Below, one piece after another: positions 11,088 to 20,713 of a stretch of 64,000 bases of DNA. A program made the translations under genes and the position numbers. Under the pieces are notes generated by a model. The model was not told the DNA's origin. It searched no databases and saw nothing but the letters and a program-made list of their open reading frames with translations. Where the stretch lies: positions 124,001 to 188,000 of the IMG/VR virus record IMGVR_UViG_3300042907_001080. One strand, 5' to 3'. Within the stretch, counting starts at the first letter, position 1, and each line of letters starts with the position of its first letter.

Positions 11088-12890
11088 ATGGCATATGAAG
11101 TCAACAAATTTAACGGTGTATTTTTAACGTCTGTAGCCGACGGCACCATCGACACCAATACCGACCTAAGGCTAGTAGGTAAAAATTACGCAGGTTACGG
11201 CGAAGTGCAGAATGAAAATTTTGTGCACCTATTGGAAAATTTTGCCAATACAACAGCACCACCAAAAGCCATAACCGGACAAATTTGGTTTGATACAGCA
11301 ATTAAAAAACTAAAATTTTATGATGGCGCTAAGTTTAAAACAGCCGGTGGTGCTGAAGCCAGCGCATCAGCACCTAGTGGATTATCTATCGGTGATTTTT
11401 GGTGGGACACAGCGGCTAAACAGTTGTATACATACACCGGGAATGATTTCACACTCATTGGTCCTATAGCTAGTCCCGATCTAGGCACATCAATTATTAG
11501 TCCGGCAGTGGTATATGGAACATTGGCTACTGCAGAAGGTCCTCATACTATACTTAAAGTCATAGCAGACAACAAAACCATAGCTGTGATCAGCAAGACT
11601 GCTTTTACTCTCGACACTAGTAAAAACCCCATTGACGATTTCACAGTGATTAAGAAAGGTGTAACATTAGTAAAATCACAGACTGGTGTTTCTACGGATG
11701 ATTTTACCTTTTGGGGCACCGCAAGCAATGCTACCAAGCTAGGCGGGTTCACCGCTGATCAATATATTAAAACAGGTGAAAGTGCATTTATTTCTGAAGT
11801 GAATTTTGGTGATCCTGGATTTCAATTGGGCGATGGCAACGATCTCAGAGTCAGGGTTGAAAACGGTACTGATGTAATTGTAGAAAATCGTTTAGGCAAT
11901 GATATAACATTTAGGATCACAGTAGACGATGTTATCGATGAGAGAGATATTGCGATTATAAAACGCACAGGCGTAGAACCTGGTATCTCTAATGCATACA
12001 CATTAGGATCAACTACAAAGCGGTGGAGCAATGTTTTTTCTACAGCATTCACCGGTGCATTAACCGGAGCAGTGACCGGAAACACCACAGGAGTTCATAC
12101 AGGTAATGTGTTAGCCAATGACAGTACAGTTCTGATAAACGCTACGACGAAAGAAATAGGATTTGCCGGTGCTAATATTATTGGTACTCTTACTGGGTCA
12201 GTTACTGGGTCTGCGTCAACAGCGGTAAATGCCAGTAAACTAAACAATTTAGATCCGAGTGCTGTTATACCTGGATTAGCAATTTCGACAATAGCTGTGC
12301 GAAACTCCAACGGCGATATATTAGCCAATCAATTTGTAGGTATAGCAGACAACGCTGATAGAACGTTCATCGATAGAACCAACGCAAGAATTGATCCTAC
12401 GTGGGCGGATGGCACAGCCAGCACTCAATATAGAACTGCAAGAATCACAGCCACAGCTTACAGTATAGCAGCTAGAGATGTCAGCGGTAACATCACCGCA
12501 AATATTTTTAATGGCACAGCCACAGCTGCTCGTTATGCAGATTTAGCTGAAAAATATCTTGCTGATAAAGAATACGAAGCAGGAACAGTGATGATAATAG
12601 GTGGAGAAAAAGAAGTTACAGCCGGTGATGTTAATACTCGTGCTATAGGAGTCGTTAGTGCAGATCCTGCTTTTATGATGAACAAAGATCTCGAAGGTGG
12701 GATATATGTTGCTCTCAAAGGAAGGGTTCCATGTAAGGCATACGGTTCAGTAACAAAAGGAGATAGACTGATAGCTGGCCCAAGCGGCACAGCTATGGCA
12801 GCCCACGGTAATTATGCCAATGTGTTTGCAGTTGCTCTAGAATCAACCGGAACACGAACTGGCAATATCATTGAAGTATTGGTGCTGTAA
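11088..12890 (+). CDS. Tail fibre-like protein with putative C-terminal chaperone domain (paralog 4)
   Basis: Shared N-terminal domain and the same 'YADLAEKY...GRVPCK' C-terminal domain as 8937-11039. Confidence 0.75.
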   Translation: MAYEVNKFNGVFLTSVADGTIDTNTDLRLVGKNYAGYGEVQNENFVHLLENFANTTAPPKAITGQIWFDTAIKKLKFYDGAKFKTAGGAEASASAPSGLSIGDFWWDTAAKQLYTYTGNDFTLIGPIASPDLGTSIISPAVVYGTLATAEGPHTILKVIADNKTIAVISKTAFTLDTSKNPIDDFTVIKKGVTLVKSQTGVSTDDFTFWGTASNATKLGGFTADQYIKTGESAFISEVNFGDPGFQLGDGNDLRVRVENGTDVIVENRLGNDITFRITVDDVIDERDIAIIKRTGVEPGISNAYTLGSTTKRWSNVFSTAFTGALTGAVTGNTTGVHTGNVLANDSTVLINATTKEIGFAGANIIGTLTGSVTGSASTAVNASKLNNLDPSAVIPGLAISTIAVRNSNGDILANQFVGIADNADRTFIDRTNARIDPTWADGTASTQYRTARITATAYSIAARDVSGNITANIFNGTATAARYADLAEKYLADKEYEAGTVMIIGGEKEVTAGDVNTRAIGVVSADPAFMMNKDLEGGIYVALKGRVPCKAYGSVTKGDRLIAGPSGTAMAAHGNYANVFAVALESTGTRTGNIIEVLVL

Positions 12891-13792
12891 TGACTAGCGG
12901 AACACAAATATTTGCTTCGCAGTATGTGGCCATACAGGACAAGGCCGAATCTTTGTTAGGCATAGGATCTGCTACTAGGGGATATGGGCAAGCAGTGCAA
13001 TCTTCGGATGTCTTCATCGGCAACTCGATCACCAAAGCACAGTGGGATCTATTGAGATTTGATATCATCAATATAAGATTACATCAAGACGGTGTGATGC
13101 CCAATGTGGTGCAAGTTAATGTCGGCGATGCAATTGGATTTGGACCAAGTTCTCCAAATACCAATTACGATATATTGTTAGAACAGGCTATTACAAATAG
13201 ATTCAATCTTGCCGACAATCAATCCGTAGTCTCAGCTAAAGCCACACAGACATTCAGTTCTCCGTGGACAACACAAGCCCAGACAGTATTGACCTGTAAC
13301 TTTGCTGATGCTACCACAGCCAGATATTTTTTCAATAGTGGTGGAAAAATCAGAATTACATCGGCGTTGACAGCTGGTGTATCAACCGCGCAGGTTACAG
13401 CTTGGGTAAACTTTTTGAACAGTGTTGGAACACGAAGCTTTGGTGCCGGCACGGATCCTACAGTTAATTACTACACTCTGACAAATTCTTATCAGACATT
13501 CTATCAAGATTCTCTCAGCAGCCCTTATTCTGCAAATAATTATAGACTTGAAGCCAAGACCGATGTAGCAAATAACTCCACAGGAACAGCTACGCAAGTT
13601 CAGATACGTATTACACTGACAGACACGTATACTGATCCTGGACCAGAACCTAGTCCACCTCCAGGAGATTCTGTATCGGGCACGTTGACAGTAAATGTGG
13701 CAGAAGTCAAAGCTTCTGGACTGCTACAGCCATCAGGCAATTTTACAGTTACAGGACCGACATATTCACTTTCAAGCATTGTAGCATCATAA
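12890..13792 (+). CDS. Virion structural protein (paralog A)
   Basis: Thr/Ser-rich, with 'GYGQ', 'W..LRFDIIN', 'ARYFFNSGGKIRI' and 'SSPY..NNYRL.A' shared with the next gene. Confidence 0.6.
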   Translation: MTSGTQIFASQYVAIQDKAESLLGIGSATRGYGQAVQSSDVFIGNSITKAQWDLLRFDIINIRLHQDGVMPNVVQVNVGDAIGFGPSSPNTNYDILLEQAITNRFNLADNQSVVSAKATQTFSSPWTTQAQTVLTCNFADATTARYFFNSGGKIRITSALTAGVSTAQVTAWVNFLNSVGTRSFGAGTDPTVNYYTLTNSYQTFYQDSLSSPYSANNYRLEAKTDVANNSTGTATQVQIRITLTDTYTDPGPEPSPPPGDSVSGTLTVNVAEVKASGLLQPSGNFTVTGPTYSLSSIVAS

Positions 13793-13797
13793 TCTCT

Positions 13798-13803
13798 TAA
13801 ATA
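13798..13803 (+). promoter_or_regulatory. Late promoter-like TAAATA
   Basis: 5 nt before the ATG at 13809. Confidence 0.5.
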
Positions 13804-13808
13804 TTCTC

Positions 13809-14789
13809 ATGCCAGCTGTTAACAGTACAATAGTCCAAGCAGACTACAATTCGATAAGAAACAAAATCGTTGCTGTGTTAGGCAACGGCAGTGGAAACTC
13901 TGGATATGGTCAACAGGTCAGAATAGTCTCTACAGAAGTTCTTGAAGGACAACGAGTCACCATTAACGAATGGGCAAATCTACGATTTGACATCATCAAT
14001 GCCTACAAGCACATCAACGGATCTAATCCGACTACGGCTGTGGTCGCAGACGGTGATACTATTAGATATACCAGTTCATTTACTCCTGATACCGGAACTC
14101 TCGACGTACCGCAAAAGCAATATGATGATTGGGCCGATAATATCACAACTAATAGATTTACGATAGCCACTAGTGAATCAGCTACCACAGCAGCGACCAC
14201 ATCAAGCAGAACCGGAGCATGGATCAGCCAGTGTGAATGCGTCATACAGTTTTATTGGACCAATGCCAATGATGCTAGATACTGGTTCAATAGTGGCGGT
14301 AAAATTAGGATCAGTGCGAGTCGAACCGGTGGGGTGCTTGGCACCCAGCAAAACACTAGTTGGACTAGTCTTCTCAGTGCTGCAGGTACACAGAACTTTG
14401 GCGGTGCTGTGCCTAGTGCAGGAACTTCTCCTAACGATGGCACCAATTGGTATAAAACCACTAATACTTTTCAAACATTTTATACAGCCACAGCCAGTAG
14501 CCCTTACGGATCTAACAACTATCGATTACAAGCTAGATGTGTTGATGTACCTTCGAACAGCGGAGGCACATCGGCTAGCGGTGAAATACGAGTGTTGTTC
14601 ACAGACGGATACACCGACTCGGGTGCAATAGGTCCTCCGTTTTTAAACCCACCCCCGGGTGATGACATAGATGGTACTCTCACAGTGAGTGTTTCGACAT
14701 TATTTGCCACGGGTATCATGGCTCCTAGCAGCGCAGTATTCACCGTAACTCAACCCACAGTTTCTATTGGGGCTGTCACTGGCTCGTAA
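13809..14789 (+). CDS. Virion structural protein (paralog B)
   Basis: Collinear paralog of 12890-13792 ('ARYWFNSGGKIRI', 'PPPGD...GTLTV'); preceded by TAAATA. Confidence 0.6.
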   Translation: MPAVNSTIVQADYNSIRNKIVAVLGNGSGNSGYGQQVRIVSTEVLEGQRVTINEWANLRFDIINAYKHINGSNPTTAVVADGDTIRYTSSFTPDTGTLDVPQKQYDDWADNITTNRFTIATSESATTAATTSSRTGAWISQCECVIQFYWTNANDARYWFNSGGKIRISASRTGGVLGTQQNTSWTSLLSAAGTQNFGGAVPSAGTSPNDGTNWYKTTNTFQTFYTATASSPYGSNNYRLQARCVDVPSNSGGTSASGEIRVLFTDGYTDSGAIGPPFLNPPPGDDIDGTLTVSVSTLFATGIMAPSSAVFTVTQPTVSIGAVTGS

Positions 14790-14813
14790 TTTATTTCACA
14801 CCACATAGTTCTC

Positions 14814-14821
14814 TATAAATA
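14814..14821 (+). promoter_or_regulatory. T4-type late promoter TATAAATA heading the GT/radical SAM operon
   Basis: Exact T4 late consensus in the intergenic gap. Confidence 0.7.
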
Positions 14822-14848
14822 AACTACGCAGTTTATCAAGGAGAACTC

Positions 14849-15199
14849 ATGAACGCACAGTTAAAAGCTGTATTGGATTTTGCCAATTATCAGCAGACTT
14901 TTTCAATCCACAAAAAAATTCTCAAAGAACGCACAGCTGCCAAACTGATGTACGGTTTCTCCGGCGGGCTGTTTGCCATTGATAGAAATCTGTTGACATT
15001 TGTTGAAATGCTGTGTAGCAAAGGCAGAGTTTCTGGAACGGTGCTGTTAGACGTCAATGAAAATCCCATATTGATAGAAAATCTAGAAGCTTTTCGTGAT
15101 GAAATCTTCAGCAGATATTTCGAAGTCACTAATGAATACTTTCAAGAATTTGATAAAATCAAGAAATCTAGATCTGTAGAAAAACTTATCACACAATGA
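14849..15199 (+). CDS. Hypothetical protein (first gene of the GT/radical SAM late operon)
   Basis: 116 aa, strong SD (AAGGAG), downstream of TATAAATA; ATGA overlap with the next gene. Confidence 0.6.
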   Translation: MNAQLKAVLDFANYQQTFSIHKKILKERTAAKLMYGFSGGLFAIDRNLLTFVEMLCSKGRVSGTVLLDVNENPILIENLEAFRDEIFSRYFEVTNEYFQEFDKIKKSRSVEKLITQ

Positions 15200-16056
15200 C
15201 CAATGGCATTTTAATTTTCGCACACAATAATCGTGAAGTAGATTATGGATTATTAGCAGTGATCAGCGGCGGTCTTGCAAAAAAACATCTTAATGTTCCA
15301 GTTTCATTGGTCACAGATCTCAGCACCAAGGAATGGTTGATTGAATCACATACATGGCAGCAGGTTGAAACAGTATTCGAGCATGTGATAATTGTAGATA
15401 AACCTGTCACAGATAATCAACGTGGATTACACGACGGTGTAATCAATAAAAAAATACCATTTTGTAATACCAATAGACACTCTGTATGGGACCTCACACC
15501 CTACGATAGAACGCTACTGATAGACAGCGATTTTTTGATATTCAGTGATAATCTAAACAAATATTGGAATGTGGAAGCTGACGTAATGATAGGTGATTCG
15601 ATCAACGATATCTACAGTGAAGAAAGATTAGGCTACCTTGATAGATATGTCTGTGAAACCAGCTGTAAAATGTATTGGGCAACCACAGTGATGTTCACGA
15701 AAAATCCACAATCTAAACTGTTTTTTGATACTGTGAATTTAGTCAAAGAAAATTACAAGCACTATGCTGATGTCTTCCGATTCGATCACAGACAATATCG
15801 AAATGACATAGCGTTTAGTGTTGCCAAACACATGCTAGATGGATTTGAGAACATGCACACACCAACACTCCCACCCGTGTTATCAGTCATGGACAAAGAC
15901 ATACTCACTGCTGTCGACAAAGACAAATTAACATTCTTGATTGATCATCGATTAGATGCCACATATTGTGCAGCATCTGTGACTGGAGTTGATATACATG
16001 TGATGAATAAACAAAGTATATTGAGACATCGACAACAGTTAATGGAGTTGATATGA
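15196..16056 (+). CDS. GT-A fold nucleotide-diphospho-sugar transferase-like protein
   Basis: DxD motif in 'TPYDRTLLIDSDF'; 'YRNDIAFS' and late 'HVMNK' resemble GT8-like enzymes. Confidence 0.65.
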   Translation: MTNGILIFAHNNREVDYGLLAVISGGLAKKHLNVPVSLVTDLSTKEWLIESHTWQQVETVFEHVIIVDKPVTDNQRGLHDGVINKKIPFCNTNRHSVWDLTPYDRTLLIDSDFLIFSDNLNKYWNVEADVMIGDSINDIYSEERLGYLDRYVCETSCKMYWATTVMFTKNPQSKLFFDTVNLVKENYKHYADVFRFDHRQYRNDIAFSVAKHMLDGFENMHTPTLPPVLSVMDKDILTAVDKDKLTFLIDHRLDATYCAASVTGVDIHVMNKQSILRHRQQLMELI

Positions 16057-16892
16057 ACTTTGGATATCTGTTGTTTGTAGCACACTATGATGACATTGAT
16101 TATCTCAAGTGCGCCTATGCTCTAGCTTTGAGTATAAAAACCACTCAAAAACCAGGGTATGACAGGGTGGCACTGGTAATTGACAACAAAGAATCACTTG
16201 CAAAATTATCAAGTCCGTGGGTGTTTGACACAGTGATCGAATGGGACCAAGAGAAATATTGGGATGGCAGATCATGGATGGACCAACTGTCTCCGTTTGA
16301 TCACACAGTATGCCTTGATGCTGATATGTTATTCCTACGAGATTACAGTCATTGGATTGATTATTTTATTGCCAACAGCGAATTGTATGTGGCCAATCAG
16401 GTCTATACCTATAGAGGCGAAACAATCACAGATCGCACATATAGAAAAACCTTTGACAGAAATTGTCTGCCGGATTTATACTCCATGTGGACTTTTTTCT
16501 CTAAAGGATCTGTGCTATGCCAAGAATTTTTTGAATTAGGTCGACAGATTATAAAAAATCCCCGCGAATTCGCCAATCAGTTTTTAAGTGAACACAGGCC
16601 TAAGGTAATTGGCACAGATGAAGCATTCGCATTGGCTGCTAACATACTAGACATCACTGACGACATTGCCTACGATTTACCATTTCCTCGAGTAGTGCAT
16701 ATGAAACCAATGCTGCAAAAATGGCCATGGCCGGCTGATACTTGGAGCGATCATGTGGGATTTTATCTTAATGCAGACGCTAGACTAAAGATAGGAAATT
16801 TTCAACAGAATGATATTGTGCATTACGTAGAGAAAAATTTAATCACAAATGAGTGTATACATATCTTGGAGACTAAAGCATGGAAACTATAG
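16053..16892 (+). CDS. GT-A fold (GT8-like) glycosyltransferase
   Basis: 'SPFDHTVCLDADML' DxD motif, 'GTDEAFA', 'VHMKP', 'HYVEK'; paralogous to the previous gene. Confidence 0.7.
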   Translation: MNFGYLLFVAHYDDIDYLKCAYALALSIKTTQKPGYDRVALVIDNKESLAKLSSPWVFDTVIEWDQEKYWDGRSWMDQLSPFDHTVCLDADMLFLRDYSHWIDYFIANSELYVANQVYTYRGETITDRTYRKTFDRNCLPDLYSMWTFFSKGSVLCQEFFELGRQIIKNPREFANQFLSEHRPKVIGTDEAFALAANILDITDDIAYDLPFPRVVHMKPMLQKWPWPADTWSDHVGFYLNADARLKIGNFQQNDIVHYVEKNLITNECIHILETKAWKL

Positions 16893-17497
16893 AAGATTTT
16901 GATAAATGGCTGAGAGAATACAAGCCACCAATTACACAGTATGTAGCGGTGTTTGATCCAAATACGGGTCAAGTTATCAGCGTGGGGCCAGATCATGCTT
17001 TTGCAGATCAAAAACATATAGTGCAGATATCACAAGAAATTGCTGAATCCATAATCACAGCTGAAATACAGATACACAACTGTCAAATAAATGTAGAGTC
17101 AGGACAGTTAGACATAGCTGAAAAAAAGACACTAAACAAATTAGATGATGTGTTGCATAGAATTCCTGATATCAAATATTCAGATCAAATTGAATCGGAT
17201 ATACATATAACATATAATTCAAAAAACAAATATTTGAAAATTCAACTGTCTACAGAATACGGCGGAACCAAAAAATACAAAGGCAACGACGGAACAAGAA
17301 AATTTATTTGGGATGGTAGCACCGATCTGGATTTTTTAATCACAGATTACAACGATCCCAACTTGATTTTTCAGATGTTTTCTGTTAAACTAAATGAACT
17401 AATAGGGCATAATGTAACAATTAAAAATATTGACTATGATAAGTTTAGTGTGTATACAAGACGCCTATTTAAAAATTATGTGATTGAATATAAATGA
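16880..17497 (+). CDS. Hypothetical protein
   Basis: 205 aa ORF translationally coupled on both sides. Confidence 0.6.
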   Translation: METIEDFDKWLREYKPPITQYVAVFDPNTGQVISVGPDHAFADQKHIVQISQEIAESIITAEIQIHNCQINVESGQLDIAEKKTLNKLDDVLHRIPDIKYSDQIESDIHITYNSKNKYLKIQLSTEYGGTKKYKGNDGTRKFIWDGSTDLDFLITDYNDPNLIFQMFSVKLNELIGHNVTIKNIDYDKFSVYTRRLFKNYVIEYK

Positions 17498-18411
17498 AAG
17501 TAATTGAATTTGATGTAGTTTTTTTAAGTTACGACGAACCTAACGCAGATCTGCATTATGCTGACTTGTGTAATAAAGTACCTTGGGCTAAACGTATTCA
17601 CGGAGTCAAAGGATCAGACCACGCCCATAAAGCCGCAGCAGAAGCCAGTGAAACAGATTGGTTTATCACTGTTGATGCTGATAATATTGTAGATCCTAGA
17701 TTTTTTAATATCGACCTTGACATGAGTGATCCCAAGATACAGGTCTATGGTTGGTGCGGCCGCAATGCAATTAATGGTCTTCGATATGGCAACGGTGGAT
17801 TGAAAATCTGGCGTAAAGATTTTGTTCTTAACATGAAAACGCATGAAAACTCCAACAGTGATCGCGGCCAAGTAGACTTTTGTTGGGAAGATGGGTATAG
17901 AAATTTTCCATTGACGTTCAGTGAAAGCGTTATCACAGGATCACCATTCCAAGCATGGAGAGCAGGATTCCGTGAAGGTGTTAAGATGACTTTGCTAGAC
18001 GGGGTCAAAGTTCCTCCTATGGAAATTAAAGAACGCATATGGTGGCACAATATCCATAGACTGCGCATGTGGTCAACTGTGGGTGCTCACGAAGAAAACG
18101 GAATTTATGCAGTATATGGTGCTAGATTAGGAACATGGATGGCTAATTGCACACAGTGGAATTATGTCGATGTTCGAGATTTTGAAATACTCAGAGATAT
18201 ATGGAATCAATACGGTAAACCGTATGAAGATGTAAACGGTGATGGTCTAGTAGATGAGATTAAAAATTTAGGCGAAAAAATAAAAATGAGTTTGGGATTA
18301 GATTGGCCGTTTCTTGATGCGCAGCAAAGTAAATTTACTTTAGATTTGTATAATGAAACCATGAATCTCAACGACACTTATTTTAAGATGCCGGTGCCAG
18401 CCAATGTATGA
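17494..18411 (+). CDS. GT-A-like glycosyltransferase/nucleotidyltransferase family protein
   Basis: 'DVVFLSYDEPNAD', 'RIHGVKG', 'FITVDADN' (DxD), 'NGLRYGNGG.K', 'AWRAGFRE'. Confidence 0.6.
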   Translation: MKVIEFDVVFLSYDEPNADLHYADLCNKVPWAKRIHGVKGSDHAHKAAAEASETDWFITVDADNIVDPRFFNIDLDMSDPKIQVYGWCGRNAINGLRYGNGGLKIWRKDFVLNMKTHENSNSDRGQVDFCWEDGYRNFPLTFSESVITGSPFQAWRAGFREGVKMTLLDGVKVPPMEIKERIWWHNIHRLRMWSTVGAHEENGIYAVYGARLGTWMANCTQWNYVDVRDFEILRDIWNQYGKPYEDVNGDGLVDEIKNLGEKIKMSLGLDWPFLDAQQSKFTLDLYNETMNLNDTYFKMPVPANV

Positions 18412-20713
18412 TATTTTTTATGTTTCAAAAGGCGAAGGAAATACTAAAGATTGGAATGCAATAAAGTCTAGGTATCCCCTTGCTCAAAAATTAACAAACA
18501 TAAAGTCTTACGAAGAAATTCGATCTAAATCTTTTACAAAAATGTTCTGGGTAATCTGGGACGATATAAATCTTACAGAATTTAATTTATTAGATTATAA
18601 AGCCACTAAGTGGGATGACATGTATGTTCACGTTTTTAAAAACGGAGAACACTATGATGGTATTTGTTTGTTTCCTAAATCGTTGACGATTTCTCAGCGT
18701 GAATTTCATCATAGATTTTTTACAGCTAAAAAAGAAATTGATATTGTTGCTAGTATTCCAAAACAATATAAAACATACAGTCCTAATACATTCAACGAAT
18801 ACCAACACATAACCGACGACATGTTTTGGCTAGTATGGCCAGAAGTTACTGTAACTGACAAATCAATTTTTGACATATATTTTAGTCATCATAATAGTTA
18901 TGACCGCAGAGAAAATCATGTATTTAAAAATCTCTGCAATAGTGTTGAATCTTATCTCAGCGGAGTAATCCTTTGCAGCAAATATAAACCTTTATCAAAT
19001 CGAGAGTTTGATAAACAGTATGCTGTAGATAAAAAAGAGCACAACAAAGTTGTCAGCAAATATCAATACCCAGTTTATAAAATTAATTCTTATGCTGATT
19101 ATTTAGAGATTATTGACAATGAAAAACAACAAATGTTTTGGTGTCAGTGGCCTAGTATAGAAATTATTGACGATACAATATTTGATTTTTATCTTGATCC
19201 TAACAATGGTGCATTAGATTATGATAGGCAAGAAAATCATGTATTTAAAAATTTATGCAATGATAAAGAATCATATCTAAGCGGAGTTGTTTTATTTTCT
19301 AAATCTAAAATTATTTCTAAGAAAGAATTTGATAGAAAATATTTAATTGACAAAAAAGAACATACCCGCATAGTTAGTAGGTATAGATATAATCGATACA
19401 ATATTTCCAGTTACGAAGAATATAAACAAATTATAGAAACAGAAACTCAACCTTTATTCTGGGGTATCTGGCCCGAAATAGCTGTTACAGATAATTCTGT
19501 TTTTGATTTATATTTTGATCCCAATGACGGAAAATACGATCAAGATAGAAAAACAAATCATATGTTTAAAAATTTGTGTAACGATAAAGAAACTTATCTT
19601 TGTGGATTAGTATTGTTTTCAACAACACAAGTTATTTCACAGAAAGAATTTAATAGAAGATATTTAATAGATAAAAAAGAACATGCAGAAGTTGTAAGCC
19701 GTTACAGATATAATAGATATGTGTTATCGTCATATGACGAGTATACCGACATTGTTAAAAAAGAAACCCAACCACTATTTTGGGGAATCTGGCCCGAAAT
19801 AGATATTATCGACGAATCGATATTTGATTTATATTTTGATCCCAATGACGGAAAATACGAACACGATCGAAAAGAAAATCATACATTTAAACACTTATTC
19901 AATGAAAAAGAAATTTTTGTTAACGGTGTAGTGTTATTGTCTAAAGATAAAATAATTGGTCAAAGAGAATTTAAACACAGATTTTTAATTGAGAAAAAAG
20001 AACATGATAGATTAGTATCTAAACATTCTTTATATGATGTTGTTTTTATTTCTTATAACGAACCCAATGCCGATGAAAACTGTAACAAGTTATTAGAAAT
20101 GTGTCCAAGAGCAAAACGTATTCACGGAGTTAAAGGAATTCACCAGGCGCATATACAAGCAGCTAAAATGTGCAATACTGACATGATATGGATCGTTGAC
20201 GGTGATGCTATTGTCGAAAATGATTTTAATTTTAATTTAGTTATGAGTAGTTACGACATAGACTGTGTTCATGTTTGGAAAAGCCGCAATCCTATTAACA
20301 ATCTAGAATACGGCAACGGAGGTGTTAAGTTATTACCAAGACAATTAACAATATCTGTTGATGTTAATTCGCCCGATATGACCACTAGCATATCGAAAAA
20401 ATTTAAAGCTATGAATACTGTGTCTAACACGAATTCATTTAACACAGATGAATTTGCTACATGGAGATCAGCATTTAGAGAATGTTGTAAACTAGCTAGT
20501 CGTGTAATCGAAAGACAATACGAGGAAGAAACTACACATCGTTTAGATGTATGGTGCTCAGTTGGTGTTGATAAACTATTTGGCAAATATGCAATTAAAG
20601 GTGCTCAGGCAGGTAGAGAATACGGCGAAACTAACAAAAACAATCCAGAGGCCCTTAAGAAAATTAATGACTTTGATTGGTTAAAGGAACAGTTCAGTGG
20701 AATACAATCGTAA
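18404..20713 (+). CDS. Repeat-expanded GT-A-like protein: about 5 degenerate ~107-aa units plus a C-terminal domain paralogous to 17494-18411
   Basis: C-terminal 'DVVFISYNEPNAD..RIHGVKG..WIVDGDA..YGNGGVK..WRSAFRE'. Internal repeats 'FW..WP.I...D..IFD.YF.......YDR..NH.FKNLCN..E.YL.G..L.....KKEH..VVS'. Confidence 0.7.
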   Translation: MYDIFYVSKGEGNTKDWNAIKSRYPLAQKLTNIKSYEEIRSKSFTKMFWVIWDDINLTEFNLLDYKATKWDDMYVHVFKNGEHYDGICLFPKSLTISQREFHHRFFTAKKEIDIVASIPKQYKTYSPNTFNEYQHITDDMFWLVWPEVTVTDKSIFDIYFSHHNSYDRRENHVFKNLCNSVESYLSGVILCSKYKPLSNREFDKQYAVDKKEHNKVVSKYQYPVYKINSYADYLEIIDNEKQQMFWCQWPSIEIIDDTIFDFYLDPNNGALDYDRQENHVFKNLCNDKESYLSGVVLFSKSKIISKKEFDRKYLIDKKEHTRIVSRYRYNRYNISSYEEYKQIIETETQPLFWGIWPEIAVTDNSVFDLYFDPNDGKYDQDRKTNHMFKNLCNDKETYLCGLVLFSTTQVISQKEFNRRYLIDKKEHAEVVSRYRYNRYVLSSYDEYTDIVKKETQPLFWGIWPEIDIIDESIFDLYFDPNDGKYEHDRKENHTFKHLFNEKEIFVNGVVLLSKDKIIGQREFKHRFLIEKKEHDRLVSKHSLYDVVFISYNEPNADENCNKLLEMCPRAKRIHGVKGIHQAHIQAAKMCNTDMIWIVDGDAIVENDFNFNLVMSSYDIDCVHVWKSRNPINNLEYGNGGVKLLPRQLTISVDVNSPDMTTSISKKFKAMNTVSNTNSFNTDEFATWRSAFRECCKLASRVIERQYEEETTHRLDVWCSVGVDKLFGKYAIKGAQAGREYGETNKNNPEALKKINDFDWLKEQFSGIQS
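18770..20030 (+). repeat. Intragenic tandem repeat, 321-nt (107-aa) period
   Basis: 'agaaaatcatgtatttaaaaat' at 18910 and 19231; 'tttgatttatattttgatcccaatgacggaaaatacga' at 19502 and 19823. Both offsets are 321 nt. Boundaries are approximate. Confidence 0.85.

Noticed and set aside
11070-11090. AGAGGTTCT resembling the 5' end of a preQ1-I riboswitch
   Set aside because: There is no complementary CCTCT strand or A-rich tail; it is simply the SD of a tail fibre gene.
4974-12890. Diversity-generating retroelement or invertible tail-fibre cassette
   Set aside because: No reverse transcriptase or recombinase in the window, and the paralog similarity is at protein level rather than a near-identical template/variable repeat pair.
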